Shown piece after piece: positions 25,761-35,708 of a DNA stretch of 64,000 bases; the stretch's first letter is position 1; each line of letters begins with the position of its first letter. The translations under genes were made by a program, and so were the position numbers. The stretch spans positions 408,524-472,523 of the forward strand of contig RDOB01000003.1 in NCBI GenBank assembly GCA_011364965.1. The letters run 5' to 3'. The notes under the pieces were generated by a model that was given only the letters and a program-made list of their open reading frames with translations, had not been told where the DNA came from and did no database searches. This DNA comes from Candidatus Heimdallarchaeota archaeon. GTDB taxonomy: Archaea; Asgardarchaeota; Heimdallarchaeia; Hodarchaeales; Hodarchaeaceae.

Positions 25761-27134
25761 ATGATAGATGGCCCAAAAATCACAATAATTGGCGCGGGAA
25801 GTGCAAGTTTTGGCTTAGAGAATTTAACTGGAATATTGAATAACAGAAAATTTCAGAATTCGGCCGAATTAGTATTAGTTGATATTAATGAACCAAATCT
25901 CCTCAAAATATTTCATTTGGCAAAACTAATCAACCGAGAATGGAAATCTAACATAAAAATCTCCATGTGCACAAATAGGAAGGAAGCACTTCCCGATAGT
26001 GATTTCGTTATTCTTTCCGTGGCTCAAGATCGGGAAGATACTTGGTTCAAAGATTATAAAATTGGTATTAAGCATAATATTTGGCATTATGCAGAAAATG
26101 GAGGACCAGGAAGTTTTGGACATACAGCGCGAGGTTTAGCGTTCATTATACCTATTTTAACTGATATTCATGACCTAATCCCTGACGCGTGGCTTATTAA
26201 CTTTACTAATCCCCTTCCACGGATTGGGTATGCTGCTCAAAAGGCTGGAGTAAAATTTATCGGTCTATGTCATCAAATTTGGCATGGTTATGGAATACTG
26301 GGACGATATCTAGCTAAAGACTTAGAAATCACATCTGATTTGGACTTAGAGTATAAATGGACAGATGAAAACCAAGGAAAATTTGCTAATTTCACTAGCA
26401 AAGCCATTCAGGAATATAATATCAAAGCTGCAGGACTAAATCATTTTACATGGATGCTGGAAATAAAGAAGAAGTCAACAGGAGAAGAAATGTATCCTCG
26501 AATAAAGAATGAGGCAAAGAATATTAATCGAAATTTTGAACCCCTAACCCAAAAAATGTTTGAGATTTTTGGTTTTCTTCCCGTACCAGGTGATTGTCAT
26601 TTAGCTGAATACTTACCTTATACTTATAAGAAAGAGAATTGGAGTCAATATAACATTCAACTTTATGACTTTAATCGGGGTAAAAAGCAACGAATGGCTA
26701 TGTGGACGAAAATTAACAACATAATTAGTAATAAACAAGTTTTAGATCTCACCCCTAATTATTTAGAAAGAGGGGATGAAGTTATAGCCGCTATTGCATA
26801 TGATGACAACACTTCTGAACAAGCTGTCAATATAATAAATCATGGAGTAATAAGCAATCTACCTAGAGATGCAATTATAGAACTTCCAGCTTCCCTCAAT
26901 AAAAACGGTCCCAAAGGAATCAAAATTGGCAAACTACCTGAAGGAATTGCTGCGTTGTGTGTAAAGGAAATATCTATCGCAAAATTGATCACTGATGCCT
27001 CAATAGAAGGAGACAGATTAAAAGCACTACAAGCGTTTTCATTAATGCTTGATGACCTTCAATTAGCTGAAAATCTTCTTAATGACTACTTAAGTGAACA
27101 TAAAAAATATCTACCTCAATTTTTTAAGGCATAA
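25761..27134 (+). CDS. glycoside hydrolase family 4 (NAD+/Mn2+-dependent alpha-glucosidase/galactosidase-like)
   Basis: 457 aa with an N-terminal KITIIGAGSASFG. The GH4 signature region reads PDAWLINFTNPLPRIGYAAQKAGVKFIGLCH, and GLNHFTWM follows. A GGAGAT SD lies 5 nt upstream. Confidence 0.8.
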   Translation: MIDGPKITIIGAGSASFGLENLTGILNNRKFQNSAELVLVDINEPNLLKIFHLAKLINREWKSNIKISMCTNRKEALPDSDFVILSVAQDREDTWFKDYKIGIKHNIWHYAENGGPGSFGHTARGLAFIIPILTDIHDLIPDAWLINFTNPLPRIGYAAQKAGVKFIGLCHQIWHGYGILGRYLAKDLEITSDLDLEYKWTDENQGKFANFTSKAIQEYNIKAAGLNHFTWMLEIKKKSTGEEMYPRIKNEAKNINRNFEPLTQKMFEIFGFLPVPGDCHLAEYLPYTYKKENWSQYNIQLYDFNRGKKQRMAMWTKINNIISNKQVLDLTPNYLERGDEVIAAIAYDDNTSEQAVNIINHGVISNLPRDAIIELPASLNKNGPKGIKIGKLPEGIAALCVKEISIAKLITDASIEGDRLKALQAFSLMLDDLQLAENLLNDYLSEHKKYLPQFFKA

Positions 27135-27146
27135 TAGCTTTAGGCG

Positions 27147-27803
27147 GTGTTTATCATAAAAATAAAATTAATTATTTTTGATCTCGATGATACGTTAGTT
27201 AATAGTAAGTTGGATTATTCAGGAATTCGAAAGAAGATAGCAAAACTTTACAGTGAACCTCCCTCCCCTTCAGAAGTTCAGAAAACACCAATTTTACGGT
27301 TATTGGAGAAATTAACATTTATTCATCCAGATAGAGCTGACCAAGGAAAAAAAATTCTTTCCGAGGAAGAGAAAAAGGCTGCAATAGAAGCTGAGGTAAT
27401 AACTGGTGCAGAAGAAGTACCTAAATTATTGAAAAAGTACGATATTTTAGCAGTAATTTATACAAATAATTCTCAGGAGTCTGTGTCTCATTATTTGAAT
27501 CAGGATCGATTCGCATTTTTGAAGGATATCCCCATATATACTCGTGAGCAATTTGAGAACGTAAAACCTCATCCAGAAGGTATTCTTAAGATTCTTGAAT
27601 TGTATCAACAACAGAATATAACACCTGATAATTCAGTTTACATAGGAGATTCTTATCTTGACGCATTAGCTGCACATAATGCGAAAATTAAATTTATTTG
27701 GTTTAAATCGAGAGATCAATATGAAAATCCCATCCCAACAATACCCTATGCCACATTGACACATTGGAAGGATTTTGAAGATTTTTTACAAAACCACATT
27801 TAA
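27147..27803 (+). CDS. HAD-superfamily phosphatase
   Basis: 218 aa with a GTG start in the track. HAD motifs are I IIFDLDDTLV, II VIYTNNS, III VKPHPEG and IV GDSYLDALAA. Confidence 0.75.
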   Translation: MFIIKIKLIIFDLDDTLVNSKLDYSGIRKKIAKLYSEPPSPSEVQKTPILRLLEKLTFIHPDRADQGKKILSEEEKKAAIEAEVITGAEEVPKLLKKYDILAVIYTNNSQESVSHYLNQDRFAFLKDIPIYTREQFENVKPHPEGILKILELYQQQNITPDNSVYIGDSYLDALAAHNAKIKFIWFKSRDQYENPIPTIPYATLTHWKDFEDFLQNHI

Positions 27804-27816
27804 TCTGTATTATATT

Positions 27817-27900
27817 CTAATCCCTCGAGAAAGCACATATAGACGAATATCTCAATAAAAAGCTGTTCGAGGATTAGAGATTTTTAGATCAGTTTTTATG
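27817..27900 (+). terminator. imperfect hairpin and T-tracts downstream of the sugar operon
   Basis: CTAATCCCTCGA (27817-27828) pairs with TCGAGGATTAG (27867-27877), giving 11 bp with one bulged C. It is followed by GATTTTTAGATCAGTTTTT. The loop is long (38 nt), so this is weak as a classical terminator. Confidence 0.25.
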
Positions 27901-28023
27901 TGCAAATATATTAAGCAATCTTAAAAATAAAAAAATTCTGATGATATTATGATTTTTATCGGATAGAAATCTATATTTCTCACTCTAGAACTAAAAAAAA
28001 AATGAGCTAGGTGCTATGTATAT

Positions 28024-28230
28024 ATGAGAAAATTCGCATTCCAAGAACTTGCTTATGCAATTGTAGTTGCTACTTCCTATGGGGCACTGATGGGAATGTT
28101 GTTTAATGCGTATTCAGATGTCATCTTCTTCCTCCTGTGGGTACTTTTAATTTGCGCACACCTAGCAGGTATTTATCTTATTGCCTATCTTGAAGAAAAG
28201 AATGAAAAAAAGAGAAATCCTAATGATTAA
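28024..28230 (+). CDS. small two-TM membrane protein
   Basis: 68 aa with two hydrophobic helices and a basic tail (EEKNEKKRNPND). A TAGGTG SD-like element lies upstream. Confidence 0.4.
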   Translation: MRKFAFQELAYAIVVATSYGALMGMLFNAYSDVIFFLLWVLLICAHLAGIYLIAYLEEKNEKKRNPND

Positions 28231-28249
28231 CGCACTAGGAAGATCTTGA

Positions 28250-29509
28250 ATGGATAAAGAAGAATTAAATCTCTCTCATTCCCTATTTGAGGATTCATTA
28301 ATTAATATTATTCCTTTCTTCGGCCCAAAGATCATCAATCGATTCCCTATTATACAATATGGGAGCTCAATTCCAATTTATGGATCTCTAATGATTCTTT
28401 TTTTTATCACAACAGGATTCTCAGTTCAAAAGGGAATATTGCTTGGAAGCACAACAATTGGCATCATTCTTTGGTCATTTTCCTTCAATCGAATCACAGA
28501 TCAGTATAGAAATCTGAAATGTCCTAAAAACCTAAAAAACGGGATTAGAGTATACAAAAGATTCTATAACGTCCTCATTTCTAAGTATTCTCTAGCTTGT
28601 ACGATTCTTTTCTCTTTAATAGGAATTTTGTATATTATTTCGTCAAATGTAATAAAAAATTTTCTTTTAGCTTTCAATCTTTCATCTGAGAGTCCATTTC
28701 AGCAAAAAGGAATGTTTATGTTTCTTTGTTTTGTTTTATTATTTGCTATTAGTATTCGAGTTGTATCTTCAGGATTTGCTATATTAGCTATATTTTATAG
28801 AAACTACTTATTTTCTGACTATATCCATAAAAAAAATAAAGGAAATCTGCATTTACTACCATATATAGCTATTACAACTGCCTTTGATAGAACAATTTTC
28901 CAGTCTTTCTTTATATTTCTATTCTGGCTGCCTATCCCCCTTCTGCTAGAAGATTCGATTCTGATTTCTCTATTCATTATCATATTCATCGTTGCGATAT
29001 TCTCATTGTTAATCAATTCCATTTGGCTACGAAGAATTCGAGCTACTTCTATATCAAAGACTGTTTCCCAAGCTTTAAGACAGGAGTACCATGGGTTCTT
29101 CGCTTCTGTATCTTTGGCAAATAAACCACATATCACCCCGATTCTGTTTGGTTTTGATGGAGTAAATCTGTATTTCAACACTTCTATTGTATCCAAAAAG
29201 ATAAAAAATCTTCAACATCAAAATCGAGTAAGTTTAATACTAAAAACTGAGGATGGGTTCCATAAAATAATTTATTATGGAAAATCTCATGTTTATGGTC
29301 ATAATACTTTCTGGACTATCTTATATTTCATGATGTTTTGGCCAGAATTATTTTTTGCATACAAGATTTTGCAAAGGAAGTACCGAGAAGTATTAGAATA
29401 TTATCAGAATAAAAATCTTCCGTTACGTTGGTCACCGAAACCTTTCATTGCACGAACGATGATCAAAATAATCCCTGAAAAAATAGTAATCCTACCCTTT
29501 GAGTTATAA
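28250..29509 (+). CDS. polytopic membrane domain fused to C-terminal pyridoxamine-5'-phosphate-oxidase-like (PNPOx/split-barrel) domain
   Basis: 419 aa. About 270 aa are hydrophobic helices, followed by SLANKPHITPILFGFDGVNLYFNTSIVSKKIKNLQHQNRVSLIL..., which resembles PNPOx-like FMN-binding split-barrel proteins. Confidence 0.5.
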   Translation: MDKEELNLSHSLFEDSLINIIPFFGPKIINRFPIIQYGSSIPIYGSLMILFFITTGFSVQKGILLGSTTIGIILWSFSFNRITDQYRNLKCPKNLKNGIRVYKRFYNVLISKYSLACTILFSLIGILYIISSNVIKNFLLAFNLSSESPFQQKGMFMFLCFVLLFAISIRVVSSGFAILAIFYRNYLFSDYIHKKNKGNLHLLPYIAITTAFDRTIFQSFFIFLFWLPIPLLLEDSILISLFIIIFIVAIFSLLINSIWLRRIRATSISKTVSQALRQEYHGFFASVSLANKPHITPILFGFDGVNLYFNTSIVSKKIKNLQHQNRVSLILKTEDGFHKIIYYGKSHVYGHNTFWTILYFMMFWPELFFAYKILQRKYREVLEYYQNKNLPLRWSPKPFIARTMIKIIPEKIVILPFEL

Positions 29510-29538
29510 GATTTACTAAGGAGGAGAAATACTCAAAT

Positions 29539-29952
29539 CTATTTTTTTGTTCGGATTGTCTTGAAATATGGACCTCTCCACATAACTATTTTAGTAACTT
29601 TTCCCTCAAATAATTGGACCATCTCTTTCAACTTCTCGTTAATATTTATTTTATCGATCAAATCTTGATTAAAGGGAAGAGCAGTGAGTCTTCCTTCAAA
29701 CATTAGACCAGAATTTTTTGTAGGATCCTCTAAATGAATTTCATCTATTGTAAAAGTGTAATAAGAGTTATTAGATAAATTTTTAATGATTTTGGAAGTG
29801 TTTTTAATAATAAAGAGCAATGAGGACTCAGAAAGGGGAATAAAGGGAACGAAATCGATAATGGGAATATTATATACCGAAATAGTAGAAATTGCGCCGA
29901 CAGAGTTATTATCAAGAATTCTCTTAAGAGCAAACGGGATTTTAGAAAACAT
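29539..29952 (-). CDS. stand-alone PNPOx-like split-barrel protein
   Basis: Track ORF is 29539-30033. The internal ATG at 29950-29952 (MFSKIPFALKRILDNNSVGAISTI..) removes the overlap with the ATPase gene, whose stop is at 29961-29963. The pattern ..VGAISTIS....P.IDFVPF....SLLFII.NTSKIIKNL..N resembles the PNPOx family. Confidence 0.5.
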   Translation of the reverse strand: MFSKIPFALKRILDNNSVGAISTISVYNIPIIDFVPFIPLSESSLLFIIKNTSKIIKNLSNNSYYTFTIDEIHLEDPTKNSGLMFEGRLTALPFNQDLIDKININEKLKEMVQLFEGKVTKIVMWRGPYFKTIRTKK

Positions 29953-29960
29953 ATGATTTC

Positions 29961-32036
29961 TTAACGTAATAAACGTAATGAGTTTAAAATAGTTAATAAA
30001 GCAACTCCCATATCTCCAAAAACAGCTACCCACATACTAGCAAGGCCAATAGCTCCGAGAAAAATAAAAACCCCTTTTAATACTAGTGCAAAAATAATAT
30101 TCTGTTTCGCTATTTTACTGGTTTTTTTTGCGATTTTTATAGATTGAGGAAGTTTAGAGGGATTATTATCCATAATCACCAAATCTGCGGCCTCAATTGT
30201 CGCATCGGAACCGAATGCCATCGCTATTCCTATATCCGCTCGTGCTATTACGGGAGCATCATTTATACCATCCCCAACAAATGCAACATACTTATTTCCT
30301 GTTTGGACTTGTATGTATTTCTCTAGAATTTCTAATTTATTCAAAGGCATTAAACTAGCATAAACACGATCAATTCCAACCTGATTTGCAACTCTCTGTG
30401 CAATTCGTTTTGTATCTCCTGTTAATAAAGCGATATCAGTAATATTTAAAGACTTTAACTCTTTAATGGTTTGTTGAGCAGTTGCTTTAACTTGATCATC
30501 AATTATGATATGGCCAATATATTTGCTATTTAGTACAACATAAACTGCTGTTTCATGCTGTATACACTCAGTATGTAAACAATCAATTTCGTGGATCATT
30601 TTATCATTGCCTACAACGATAAAATTATCATCAGTGGTTTTCATAGAAATCCCCAAAGCTGGTAATTCTTCGTATTCAGCAATTAATGAGGAATCGATTG
30701 CTTTTCCATATGCTTCACGAATCGAAATCGCAATGGGATGATTCGATTGGCTTTCAGCTAAGGCTGCATAATACAATATATCATTAGGAGAATAGCTAAG
30801 TGTAGGAACTATGGTAACAACCTTAAACTTACCAATTGTAAGAGTTCCAGTCTTATCGAATAACACTGTAGATATATTTGTTAATTTATCAAGAGTATTA
30901 GCTCCTTTAAGTAAGATACCATCTTTTGAGCTTTTCCCAATGCCAGAAAAATAAACCAAGGGAATAGAGACAACAAGGGCACATGGACAAGAAATAACCA
31001 GCACAACAAGCGCGCGATAGATCCACTCATTAAGCGACCCTCCAAATATCAGGGGGGGAATGATAGCCAGAAATAGAGCTGAAAATAGAACAAATGGAGT
31101 ATAATATCGCGCAAATCGTGTAATGAATAATTCTGTTTTGGATTTTTTTTCCGTTGCATTTTCCACCGCATTAAGTATTCTTGATACAGTTGAATCATAA
31201 TAATGAGATGTTACTTTAATATGAAGGCTACCAGAGGGAATAGACCCAGAGAGAATTTCCATCCCTGCCTCAACATCAATAGGATGGCTTTCCCCAGTTA
31301 AAAAGGACATATCAAGAGTTGTTTGACCCTGAAGGATTTCTCCATCTAGTGGTACACGTTCTCCAGGTTTAACAAGTATCGTATCTCCAAGACTAATTTC
31401 AGAGATTGGGACATTTACAATTTCAGATCCATTTTCTTTATGTGCAACATCAGGCCTAATGTCAATAAGCGAACTTATGGCATGTCGGGAATGGTTCACC
31501 GCACGAGTTTGAAGGTATTCCCCAATCGTATAAAATACCATTACTGCTACTGCTTCAGGAATTTCATTGATAAAAATTGCCCCTAAAGTGGCAATAGACA
31601 TCAAAAAATATTCATTCGTAAAATCAGCTCGCTTAAGCTGTAAAAATGCTTTATAAAGAACTTTCCAGCCACTTATGATATACGCGAGAAATAAAAAAAT
31701 GTTTCCTAGATGGAAAAAGGGGATTATAGGATCCGTTGTCGCAAACACTCCGAAAAATAGGAGTATTAATGCTAACCCGATTTGATATAAAGGAGATTTT
31801 GTGGGATATTTTCCTTCCATTGAATTTATCTTATAAGGAATAACCTTAATATCAGGTTCAATTGATGAAACAATCCCTTTAATGGTTTTTAAGTCATCAG
31901 ATGCTATAGAAAGTGATTGAGTAACCAAGTTTACTTTCACATCAGAAAAATTATAATTTTTCAATGCCTCTTCGATTTTTAAAGCGCAATCAGCGCAGTT
32001 TAGATTTTCAAGATTATATCTGTTTAGAGGAGACAT
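29961..32036 (-). CDS. P1B-type heavy-metal-translocating ATPase
   Basis: 691 aa with an N-terminal HMA-like CADCALKIEEAL and the TM6 CPC motif (ISCPCALVVS). It also has DKTGTLT, the SNHP(I) equivalent of the P1B HP motif, and GDGINDAP. Metal specificity cannot be decided by eye. Confidence 0.85.
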   Translation of the reverse strand: MSPLNRYNLENLNCADCALKIEEALKNYNFSDVKVNLVTQSLSIASDDLKTIKGIVSSIEPDIKVIPYKINSMEGKYPTKSPLYQIGLALILLFFGVFATTDPIIPFFHLGNIFLFLAYIISGWKVLYKAFLQLKRADFTNEYFLMSIATLGAIFINEIPEAVAVMVFYTIGEYLQTRAVNHSRHAISSLIDIRPDVAHKENGSEIVNVPISEISLGDTILVKPGERVPLDGEILQGQTTLDMSFLTGESHPIDVEAGMEILSGSIPSGSLHIKVTSHYYDSTVSRILNAVENATEKKSKTELFITRFARYYTPFVLFSALFLAIIPPLIFGGSLNEWIYRALVVLVISCPCALVVSIPLVYFSGIGKSSKDGILLKGANTLDKLTNISTVLFDKTGTLTIGKFKVVTIVPTLSYSPNDILYYAALAESQSNHPIAISIREAYGKAIDSSLIAEYEELPALGISMKTTDDNFIVVGNDKMIHEIDCLHTECIQHETAVYVVLNSKYIGHIIIDDQVKATAQQTIKELKSLNITDIALLTGDTKRIAQRVANQVGIDRVYASLMPLNKLEILEKYIQVQTGNKYVAFVGDGINDAPVIARADIGIAMAFGSDATIEAADLVIMDNNPSKLPQSIKIAKKTSKIAKQNIIFALVLKGVFIFLGAIGLASMWVAVFGDMGVALLTILNSLRLLR

Positions 32037-32388
32037 CTCAAAATATCCTAATAGATTAAATAATATTAAGATTGTTCATTGGAATCCTTTAAAATAAGTT
32101 GAATTTTAAATCATTAAATTTCATGTTTATTCATTCTTGATTTGATCAGAATAGCTGAAATTGGCATTTTGACCTTGAATTCGTCCCTAGATCAAAGGTA
32201 TTTTTATATAATTCAATTTTATTATCAGAAAAAAATCGAATTGGATCCGAATCTCTAAATTCCTGAAATTGATTGATTATATAAATTTTGAAGATCAGAT
32301 AACAATTGTTAATAATAATATAAATAGTTCCCTCTATTAGAATCAAAATGCCAAGTGGTTAAAAATATTCGAGGATGAGACTGTAACC

Positions 32389-32574
32389 ATGGATGAATAT
32401 CTATTATGTGAAGTATGTTCTGAAAAGAAGCCTATACCGCAGCATTGCGGGAAAGTTATGCATTTAGAAATGTATCAAGGAAAGGAAATGTTGATTTGCT
32501 GGATGGGATCTACATGTGGAGTACAGGAACTCCCATATCATCACAATCAACCAATGAAAATTAAACACAGTTAA
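32389..32574 (+). CDS. Cys-rich miniprotein (putative metal-binding / zinc-ribbon-like)
   Basis: 61 aa: MDEYLLCEVCSEKKPIPQHCGKVMHLEMYQGKEMLICWMGSTCGVQELPYHHNQPMKIKHS. It has CxxC plus three further Cys and a His-rich tail. A GAGGATGAG SD-like element lies 9 nt upstream. The gene sits between two metal-transporter genes. Confidence 0.45.
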   Translation: MDEYLLCEVCSEKKPIPQHCGKVMHLEMYQGKEMLICWMGSTCGVQELPYHHNQPMKIKHS

Positions 32575-32630
32575 TAAATAATAATTTTTGGGCTAAAATA
32601 GAACGGATTACATATTATTCTTTATAGAGA

Positions 32631-33608
32631 GTGTTTTGCATGGCATATGAAATTATTGGAGACATTATTTTCAGTTTCGTCACAGCCCTACGAGAGGTTC
32701 TTGAAGCTGCCCTAATTATCGGAATTGTTTCTAGCTATATCTCGAAAGTAAAACGAAAAGATTTACTTAAAGAAATCTGGTTAGGAGTAATTACAGCAAC
32801 TGTATTCAGTATAGCAATGGCTTGGTTTTTTCTCAATATGTTCAGCGGCCTTGAGGAATACCAAAAGCTCTTTGAGTCTATAATAATGTTTATTGCGGCT
32901 GGTGTTTTAACTTGGATGGTTTTTTGGATGTCACGTCAATCCAAATCGATTAAATCAGAAATGGAAGAGAAAATTGACCAAATCATAACTACCCAACAAA
33001 AAACTGGCTTATTCTTACTGGTTTTCTTTTCTGTCGTAAGGGAAGGGGCGGAATTAGTCCTTTTTCTATTCGCAAATTACACTGGAAACATAGAGGAAGC
33101 TGGGATTTACATTGCTTTAGGAACAACAATTCTTGGGTTTACTCTTGGACTTATTTTGGCCGTTATAATGGCATATATAATTTTCAAGACAACTTATATG
33201 TTAGATTTGAAAAAATTCTTCCAAATTACAAGTTTTATATTAATTATTTTTGCTGCAGGACTATTAGCTCATGGTATTCATGAATTTTACGAATTTCTTG
33301 AAATCACGAATACAGACTTCGCAAGGTCTTTCATCTGGACTGAATTATGGAATATAAATGATGGTATATTAGGAAATATATTTCAATTTGTGTTCGGATG
33401 GAGCTATGATCCACAATATCCTCTCAGATTTGAAAAAAGTGTTATTGGAGGCATTTTTGCAGGATTGTTTGGATGGAACGATAACCCGGCACTTCTAGAA
33501 GTATTAGGTTACATCTCATATTATTTAGCAATTTTAATAATACTTATGAAGGGAAATTTACGAAATCCCTCAACCAAAACGAATGAAGATAGTACTTTGC
33601 TACAGTAA
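32631..33608 (+). CDS. FTR1/EfeU-family iron permease
   Basis: 325 aa and polytopic, with two REXXE-type motifs (ALREVLEAALI and VVREGAELVLF). The start may instead be ATG 32640 (MAYEII..). Confidence 0.75.
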   Translation: MFCMAYEIIGDIIFSFVTALREVLEAALIIGIVSSYISKVKRKDLLKEIWLGVITATVFSIAMAWFFLNMFSGLEEYQKLFESIIMFIAAGVLTWMVFWMSRQSKSIKSEMEEKIDQIITTQQKTGLFLLVFFSVVREGAELVLFLFANYTGNIEEAGIYIALGTTILGFTLGLILAVIMAYIIFKTTYMLDLKKFFQITSFILIIFAAGLLAHGIHEFYEFLEITNTDFARSFIWTELWNINDGILGNIFQFVFGWSYDPQYPLRFEKSVIGGIFAGLFGWNDNPALLEVLGYISYYLAILIILMKGNLRNPSTKTNEDSTLLQ

Positions 33609-33622
33609 CCTAAAAAATATAT

Positions 33623-34438
33623 CTAACGAAGTAAACCCCCAAGAACTGTGATTTCTATCCCACGGTTCTCCAATTCATTCAATAATGGATTTATCCCAAT
33701 AGAATCAGATACTAGATGCCCTGTTATCAATAATTGCCCTTTTTGAATACTTAATATTTGAAATAAATCTGCCGGGGTAATATGGATGTATATAACAGTA
33801 TCTAGTCCATACTTATAATATAAATTGGCAATTGTAAATCCTCCATTTGTAAACGCGCCGTGGCTAAAAATCCAGTTCCCAAGTTGATCAGAAGAAGAAC
33901 CTTTAGCAATTTCAATTCTTGTTTGAGCCTTTGAAAACTCAGGAATAGAGGATTCTAAATGAATTATTACATCATCAAGGGTAGGATAAGAAGCTTTTTT
34001 GCATAATTCCTCTATTGCTTGCGTGATTATTTGTCTACCAAGTTCATCAGAGGGACAATGGATATTAAGGAATGGCATCTTAATTAATCGAGCGAAAGCA
34101 GGTATCGAATCATAATTCCTTGCATGGGCTCCAAATTTAAATCCTATAAGCTTTTCTTCAATTACGGCACGAGCTTCTTCTCCTGGTATGTTCTTGCTCT
34201 TTAATTGCTTCAAGTGTTGCCAAAATACTTTATAATGGTTTACCAAACCCACAGGATGATGAGCAACCACGGCATCATAATTGTTCTCTTTTGCATATTG
34301 AAGTTCCGCGACTCCGATATCAATTCCGTATAAAATTCGCTTAATGTCTGAACCTGAAACATAAATTGCAGAGTCAGCTGGGATTTCGGTCATTTCAACA
34401 AGATCCAATGAAATTTTCATGATATCCTCTGTATTCAT
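33623..34438 (-). CDS. NIF3-family dinuclear-metal-centre protein
   Basis: 271 aa with YDAVVAHHPVG and a C-terminal LITGHLVSDSIG, matching the conserved His clusters of NIF3/YbgI proteins. Confidence 0.6.
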   Translation of the reverse strand: MNTEDIMKISLDLVEMTEIPADSAIYVSGSDIKRILYGIDIGVAELQYAKENNYDAVVAHHPVGLVNHYKVFWQHLKQLKSKNIPGEEARAVIEEKLIGFKFGAHARNYDSIPAFARLIKMPFLNIHCPSDELGRQIITQAIEELCKKASYPTLDDVIIHLESSIPEFSKAQTRIEIAKGSSSDQLGNWIFSHGAFTNGGFTIANLYYKYGLDTVIYIHITPADLFQILSIQKGQLLITGHLVSDSIGINPLLNELENRGIEITVLGGLLR

Positions 34439-34481
34439 TTTTAAATCACTTTACTGATTAATCTCACCTATTCAATTAGAA

Positions 34482-35159
34482 TTACCATATCTTTGGAAAC
34501 AATCTATATCTAACATTCTTCAAATAATCGGAATAATCAAGTAATTCCTCATTCAATGTTTTCTCTTCAAACTCAATTCTGATCATAAGAAGGATCATTG
34601 TCAATATTCCAGGAATCAGAGCAAGCGAGGTTCCTAAGCTGAAGGGTAAACTAAGCATAATTAAGGTAACTGCTAGATAATGAGGATGTCTTATAAAGGA
34701 ATATGGTCCAGTCTCACATACTTTTTGATTTTCAGACACGATAACAATTTTCGATAGATAAGCATTTTCACGCAAAACTAAGAAAAATAATACAAAAGCA
34801 AAGCAAAGAACTATTAAATCCCCAGTCTTTATAAGAAAAGGAACATTAGGTTGATTAATCCTGTAATCGAGACCCGCGACAACCAAAGTCGCAAAAATTG
34901 TTGCAAATAATGATAAATACAATATTTTATCCCACTTTTGGACAGATAATTGGGTAGCAACTCTTGATTGTAATACAGGACTGTTTCTAAACCAAAAAAT
35001 CTGAAAACCAAAACCAAAGGACGCAATTAGTAAACAAATCCAAGCGTCAAACCATAAAAAAGTACCCACAGGAATAAAAAGTAATAAAGCATAGATTATC
35101 ATAAGAAAAACGAACTTAACAAAAATATTCGTCAGAGAAATTTTAGACATCATATGCAC
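34482..35159 (-). CDS. isoprenylcysteine carboxyl methyltransferase (ICMT)/phospholipid methyltransferase-family membrane protein
   Basis: 225 aa and polytopic, with C-terminal GPYSFIRHPHYLA......EE..L typical of the ICMT/PEMT family. Confidence 0.65.
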   Translation of the reverse strand: MHMMSKISLTNIFVKFVFLMIIYALLLFIPVGTFLWFDAWICLLIASFGFGFQIFWFRNSPVLQSRVATQLSVQKWDKILYLSLFATIFATLVVAGLDYRINQPNVPFLIKTGDLIVLCFAFVLFFLVLRENAYLSKIVIVSENQKVCETGPYSFIRHPHYLAVTLIMLSLPFSLGTSLALIPGILTMILLMIRIEFEEKTLNEELLDYSDYLKNVRYRLFPKIW

Positions 35160-35465
35160 ATTGAATTAAAGTTTCTCCTTTAGAAATGAATTTACATTGA
35201 AAAACATTTCGAGAACTTGATTTGTTTCTTTCTTTTTTTTATGTGATAGGGTGGACAGCAGTATTATGAAAAGACAAGAAGGCTATATTATGCAATCGAA
35301 GAAATCGATGAGTATTGGAGAAAATCAGTAAAAATAGAATCTATCCGAGACCTTTATCAAATAGAAAAATTAAGGGGGAATTGGAAACAAGCTTAGCTAC
35401 AAAATAACTCCATTGAAGCAAAACTCATATTGGTCCTTTATGTTGTTCCAATTGACGGATTCTTA

Positions 35466-35708
35466 TTAGTTAGAGCTAAGAGTATAATAATATCGTCTCA
35501 TATCACTCATATCAGGAGTTCTACGAACAATTTCACGTATTAAAAGCATTCTAAGAGCATCATGAATTGTTCTGCGACAATAACCAGTTCTATCTCTAAT
35601 TTCCTCAACTAGCATCCAATCCCCATCTTGTAAAACTTCATATACCTTATGCGCAGAAGGGGGAAGCACAGCTACCCTTTTTTCTTCAATCGATTCAGCA
35701 ATTAACAC
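35466..35708 (-). CDS. small TrmB/MarR-like winged-helix protein, paralog A
   Basis: 80 aa with a GTG start preceded by GGAG 9 nt upstream. The sequence LPPSAHKVYEVLQDGDWMLVEEIRDRTGYCRRTIHDALRMLLIREIVRR..SDMRRYYYTL aligns along its whole length with ORFs 40306-40536 and 40713-40991. Confidence 0.65.
   Translation of the reverse strand: MLIAESIEEKRVAVLPPSAHKVYEVLQDGDWMLVEEIRDRTGYCRRTIHDALRMLLIREIVRRTPDMSDMRRYYYTLSSN

Noticed and set aside
29953-30033. N-terminal 27-aa extension of track ORF 29539-30033, overlapping the 3' end of the P1B ATPase gene.
   Set aside because: The extension (MGSCFWRYGSCFINYF..) is translated from the ATPase C-terminal coding region in another frame. The internal ATG at 29952 starts right after the ATPase stop.
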